64,000 nucleotides of DNA from Paragordius varius (lineage: Eukaryota; Animalia; Nematomorpha), in assembly GCA_964247055.1 (NCBI GenBank), contig OZ176051.1, positions 13,950,001-14,014,000 on the forward strand. The letters are read 5' to 3'. Shown here piece by piece: positions 58,917 through 64,000 of the stretch. The notes beneath the pieces are model-generated. The model saw nothing but the letters and a program-made list of their open reading frames with translations. It searched no databases and was not told the origin of the DNA. Position numbers and translations under genes: made by a program. The stretch's first letter is position 1. The number at the start of each line of letters is the position of its first letter.

Positions 58917-61900
58917 ATGAGCCCATTTGCTTTACGGGTAGCGTTTACCTTGCTTTTGTGTATCATTCCAACCTTTTTATCCATTAAGTCAAAAGATCAC
59001 GGAGGTAACATTAGAAAATTTATTTCCATTCATTTTAGATATTGATTGCAGTCAAGCGATCGAAAAACACTGTCAAAATATAAGTAAAAGTGAACCTGAT
59101 CAACTCCCAATTAATTACAGAACCTTTATTAAAGATTTAAGTAAGTTAGCTAAAATAGCGCATAATTTTTAAACTTGATTGATATATCTTATTATATTTG
59201 CACTTTTAAAGATAATCATAAACCAATATCCACCAATCGATACCTCTCTAATGTTAAAGCAGTGTACGATTCTTGTCTTGCCTATCAAAATAGTACCCAA
59301 GGTAATAATAATACATTAGCTATCGAGGAGATTCGAAGATTCCTCAATAAGTATGGTAGCTTAAGTCAGAATAGCTATGTAAATGCAACGCTCACGAATG
59401 ATACCAAAAATTATGATGCAATTTTAGAGCTCTTGAGTGATAATTTCATGTTAGTCCCAATGAGTTTTGATTACTCAGTTCATGAGCAAAACGATTCGTC
59501 AAACGAAACAATGCCTAAACTGATTGTTAAGGAGGTCACCATGTATTACTTAAACATAATAACGGACCCAAAGATGTTTGAAGATGAAATTAAGATGCTG
59601 AAATCTTTATATCTAGCAATGGGCGGCATCCAAGAAAATTGGCAGGCCCTGAATGTTACCTACAATTATCTAATTAACGTTATCATGGCACAGGTTTAAT
59701 CATTTACAGTTAATTTTTTTACCTTAACAAAAATGTTATTGCTATTTTTTACATAATGTTTAAATATACTTGCGTATGATTGGTAAAGAAAGTTTAGTTT
59801 AATTTAAAATTAAGCGCATTTTCGTTTGATATCTTATATAAGTCCTCTTTATTTTGATTAGCACCCGGCTCAAGAGGGTTCGGGAATGGAGATAAATATT
59901 TCTGGATCTTCTTCAGGATTTCCCTACTCAGGCATCAGCCATCCACTTGAGGAGGAAATTTCTGCTTTAACCTTAGGATCCGCTAGTGGCTCAGGATTAG
60001 GAGTATATAAATAGATATTTTAAGTATAATTTTGGGTTCAAAATGTGGCTATATAAATTTTTTACCTAAACAAAAAAGTTATTGCCATTTTTTACATAAT
60101 GTTTAAATATACTTGCGTATAAATAAATATACAGTTTAGAGTCTCTTAAATCCTTTTTTATTTAAGGGTAAGGACTTAAATTGTATCCGGACATGTGAAG
60201 GCTTTAACCCTCGCCTGCCCAGGGCTACATGGCTGACAGTAATGATGGAAAAATTGCGTAGTTTCGGGGTTCTAACTCCAGCACGCAGTGTAGTGTCTGG
60301 CGACCTACCTACTATACCATCACGCTTTCTTTAAATATACTTTCGTATGATTGGTAAAAAAAAGTTTAATTTAATTTAAAATTAGGCGCTTTTTGTTTGA
60401 TATCTTATATACGCCCTCTTTATTTTAATTAGCACCCGGCTCAAGAGGGTTCGGGGATGGAGATAAATATTTCTGGATCTTCTTCAGGATTTTCACATTC
60501 AGGCAACAGCCATTCACTTGAGGAGGAAATTTCTGGTTTAACCTTAGGATCCGTTAGTGGCTCAGGATCAGGAGTATATAAATAGATATTTTAAGTATAA
60601 TTTTGGGTTCAAAATGTAGCTTTATATTTTAATACCAGGGTTCAAAGATCCTTTTTAACATAATCACAAAGATTAGATTATAAAAGATACATTTGTATAT
60701 TTTAAAATTTTTTTCTGGAAATGGTAAAGTATAAACCCTCCATATGTTATAACAAATTTTTTATGAAAACATATCATCAGCTTGTTTGACACCTGAGATA
60801 GAGAAAATGTGATTTTATTTAATAAGATATTATTACAAAACTTGTGTACCTATGGTAAATATAGAAGTTTTACTTTAAAAAGTAATATATATATATATTT
60901 CCGCCATTAAGTACCATTTTAAATTATAATATATAATAGTGTTGCATATTACATTTGCTAAAATTATCGTTTAGAAAAATTTATTTGCTTTTTATATGCT
61001 TCACACACATCAAATATTGAAGCTATTTTAACACAGTGGCGTAGCTTGAATTTCTGGCCCCCGGTGCATGAATCCACGCCGTCCCCTTCCATGAACCCAT
61101 TGCATTTCAAAAAAAATCAAATTTAAACCGTGAGAGCGGCATATGGCCCATCATTAACAGAAACACGTGAAAAAATGTGTTTCTACCCCACTTCTATGAA
61201 GACTGCTTGCTTTGCTAATGTATCAGCAATTAAAAAATAATATAAGCTTCTTTGCGAAAATTTCAATTTAGTTAAATATAAATGTTGTATATAAGAAGGC
61301 TTTAAACTGCATTTGAATGCGTGGCCCGACTTAAAGTTTTTTATAAGGCTTGCCAACGAAAATAGAGTGGCAATCCTTAGTTAATATTGAAAAAATTAAA
61401 AAAATCGTCACAAAAGTTAAATATTAATGTTCATGAAAACTTCCCTAGGCATAGATGTATCATATCACATATAGAATCCACATTTTATAACTCTTTACCT
61501 ATCAATATTGATTTATAAAATACACAGTATGAGTATATATACATTGCTAGTTTTTCATTGATTATTGCCAATGCAGCAAAGAGAATTGTTATTGGCTAAT
61601 AATAGTAAGAAGTGAAAAAAATACAATAATACTGTCCTTTGCTGTATATGCCATTTGGGAGAAAACAATGAAAAACTAGCAATGTATACTTACTCATACT
61701 GTATATGATGGGCATATGTTAAAATACTTTAAGCGTGTGGTTCATTTTGTATATTAATAATATTTTAAAATAGATATATTAAAATAAATATATAATCATA
61801 TATGATACCATTCTAATGGATAATTGAATAACGAAAAAAGAGATATTTTATTTACGAATTAAAGAGTAAAGTTGCAATTGAGCAGCAATAAATGGTTATA

Positions 61901-63478
61901 AGGGAAACAATAAAAGAAAAAAGAAAAAAGGCACTTATAATATAAATTTTAAATTTAAGGGATTTCGACATAATGGGTGGCATTAAGCAAGCAATATATA
62001 TAATTTTGAAAGAGAATTATATAAAATTAATAATGATTTTATCCTAATATATGACATGATGATTTAAAGCAAATATTTGAAGGGAGGTCAATGAATTATG
62101 AACAGGCTGATGTTGAGAATAGGCGCTTGAAGATAAAGTGGAGAGATATAATAAATAAGGAAATGAAACAGTTGGTTAGATTAAAATATTGATAAAAATG
62201 AGGGTAATGACCACTTTAATAACTTTAAAATACCTATTTTTTGAAAATTTTTTATAAATATTTAAAATCCGGGGCCCCTCAACTATGGCGCTCGCTGCAT
62301 CAGCCGCCTTTCCCCCGCCCCCTAGCTGCGCCACTGTTTGAACAATGACATATAATATATGTAATAAACTAATCTTATGAATATGTATCATTTAAATAGT
62401 TGTATCATAATAATAATATTAAAAATATTTTTTGGTTTTTTGGAAAGTTGGTAGCTTTCTCAATGTTATAATATAAAATATTTAAAAATATGTGTTTTCA
62501 CAAAATTTTACCCACCATGTTATATATATAATATGTAATTATTCAAGTTTACCGAAACGACTACACCTGGAAAGTATATCAAATGCGAAAATATTGGCAC
62601 CAATATTGATTGGGAAGTAAGAATTTTTATGTAAACTCAATATTTTAGGAACTCAAGAATATTAGTGATCCCAATGGGATATATGAAGTAATATATAATT
62701 GTTAATCTTTTTTCCATTAAAAATGGCTAGAAAATAGCGTTTGCCGTTATGAGAAAGCGCTGGAATAAACATGGAATCCTATGCAAAGAACAAATAAAAT
62801 TTAATGATAAACAACCCAAATTTACCAAAATGTATGGCTCATTTGTCGGGACTTTGTTGAAGGGAAACAACATGTAAGTATAATATAAAAATGAACGGTA
62901 AATTAATAACTCTTTCGATTACTTGGCCTAATTACAACGCCATTTTTACTAATTCAGTGTTGAAAAAACCTATGAGTGCGCACATATTCTATGATATTCT
63001 AATCTATAAATCTTATTAATAGAATGTTGAAAGATTTTCTAATCCTGTATGTCGCAAATATGTTGGCACCATACACCGTCCCTGATTATAGAGATCATCA
63101 GGCCAAGTTAAACGAAACCCACAAATATTTTAACTCATCTGATGTGGATGCCAGGTGTGTAAATATGATATTATCCGAGCAAGTGGATTTATCAAAATAC
63201 TCAATTTATCTTAGTCAACAAAATTTTTCCGTTTCTGAAGTAATAATGTTTTTTTCTTACAATATGTTATAAAGCAATCTTAATTTCTTTTCTATAGTTT
63301 GCTTTATTGGTTTTTATAACAGTTACAAAATATGGTGAATAAGTATCTCAACAAAACCGATTTGCACAAACGATATTACGCAAATGATTCAGTAAATTTT
63401 TTTTAATAGCTATTTTTGTAGGAATTTAGTGAAATGGTATCAAACATGTTCGTCCAGCAACATAATTCTATAGAAATG
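58917..63478 (+). CDS. Secreted M13 (neprilysin/ECE-like) peptidase-family protein, N-terminal domain; continues beyond the window
   Basis: Exons 58917-59004 (signal-like MSPFALRVAFTLLLCIIPTFLS), 59039-59140, 59212-59693, [59862-60002, 60433-60573], 62548-62616, 62731-62873, 63023-63239, then probably two short exons ending at about 63478. Motifs KAVYDSCL (cf. KAK.LY.SCM), IDWE, LKDFLILYV and RCV appear in M13 order. HExxH is not in the window. Confidence 0.6.
60121..60329 (-). mobile_element. tRNA-derived SINE with a 19-bp target-site duplication
   Basis: Minus-strand head GCGTGA-TGGTATAGTAGG (A box) .. GAGTTAGAACC (B box); flanked by tttaaatatactt(g/t)cgtat at 60102-60120 and 60330-60348. 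Confidence 0.75.
61034..62336. mobile_element. hAT MITE (CAGTGGCGTAGC) with a nested family A MITE at 61525-61701
   Basis: TIR cagtggcgtagct / agctgcgccactg; 8-bp TSD ttttaaca / tttgaaca with one mismatch. Confidence 0.85.
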
Positions 63479-64000
63479 GTATGCATATATTATTAATTAT
63501 TTCAATATTATTATTGAGTTTTGTGTTGGGTAGTTAGTTTGTAAACATTAATATCTTTTCTAAAACATATACTAATCGCCTTTTTTCTACTTAGTAAGTT
63601 TCAAGTATAAGGGTTGTAATGTGTATTATTCTTCATTAATAACGACTCTTATGTATTAAAAATAAACACTGATAGTAAATGAAAATTTTTCTTAGATAAT
63701 TTTAAATTAAACGTTTTTTTTTCAATAAAAATGACATAAAACTGTGCGACACGAGAAAAAAACTGCAAATTACACGATTATAGACTAATACACCTCAGAT
63801 TACACCTTGATTTCGAATTATTATTAATATAAAAAATTACCTACTTTTTGTTTTAAACAGAAAATTTTGTTAAAACAACATAATACGGAAAAATAAACTA
63901 TGCCATAAAAAATATATATCAATAAAAATGAGAAATACAAAAACACAATTTACGGTGATATTTAAATATTTTGGGTAAATTTGGAGTGTTAATTTTTTAT

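Noticed and set aside
60255-60325. tRNA gene
   Set aside because: A and B boxes are present but there is no acceptor stem or cloverleaf; it is a SINE head with a TSD.

Overview
Very AT-rich eukaryotic DNA, clearly metazoan and fast-evolving. Introns are either 23-34 nt or swollen by transposons to several kb, which suggests a reduced animal such as a myxozoan, dicyemid or orthonectid; the taxon cannot be fixed from this window. By manual splicing and translation I reconstruct 13 protein-coding genes: MSH5-like (5'-truncated), a secreted 8-Cys pre-pro-peptide, PNPO, XPA, DNAJC17, a C/EBP-type bZIP nested in DNAJC17 intron 1, PRCC, POLR3F/RPC6, a FAM92/CIBAR-like BAR protein, COQ10, FoxQ2, SQOR and an M13/neprilysin-like protein (3'-truncated). 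The rest is non-autonomous transposons: TA-flanked palindromic MITE families, hAT MITEs with 8-bp TSDs, a TTAA piggyBac-type fold-back, satellite-carrying Helitrons, a tRNA-derived SINE, and mariner and RTE-LINE relics. I found no rRNA, genuine tRNA or CRISPR. Best leads: (1) the same-strand bZIP inside DNAJC17 intron 1, reachable through a 23-nt alternative intron that turns the J-domain first exon into a stop-restart uORF, or by trans-splicing; (2) the toxin-like 8-Cys peptide; (3) a tail-to-tail Helitron pair making a 4.4-kb fold-back in SQOR intron 1, plus a third copy with a different 3' end; (4) a tandemly duplicated Ser/Gly exon in the neprilysin-like gene. All homology calls come from recalled family motifs, not database searches, and TE boundaries may be off by a few bases.
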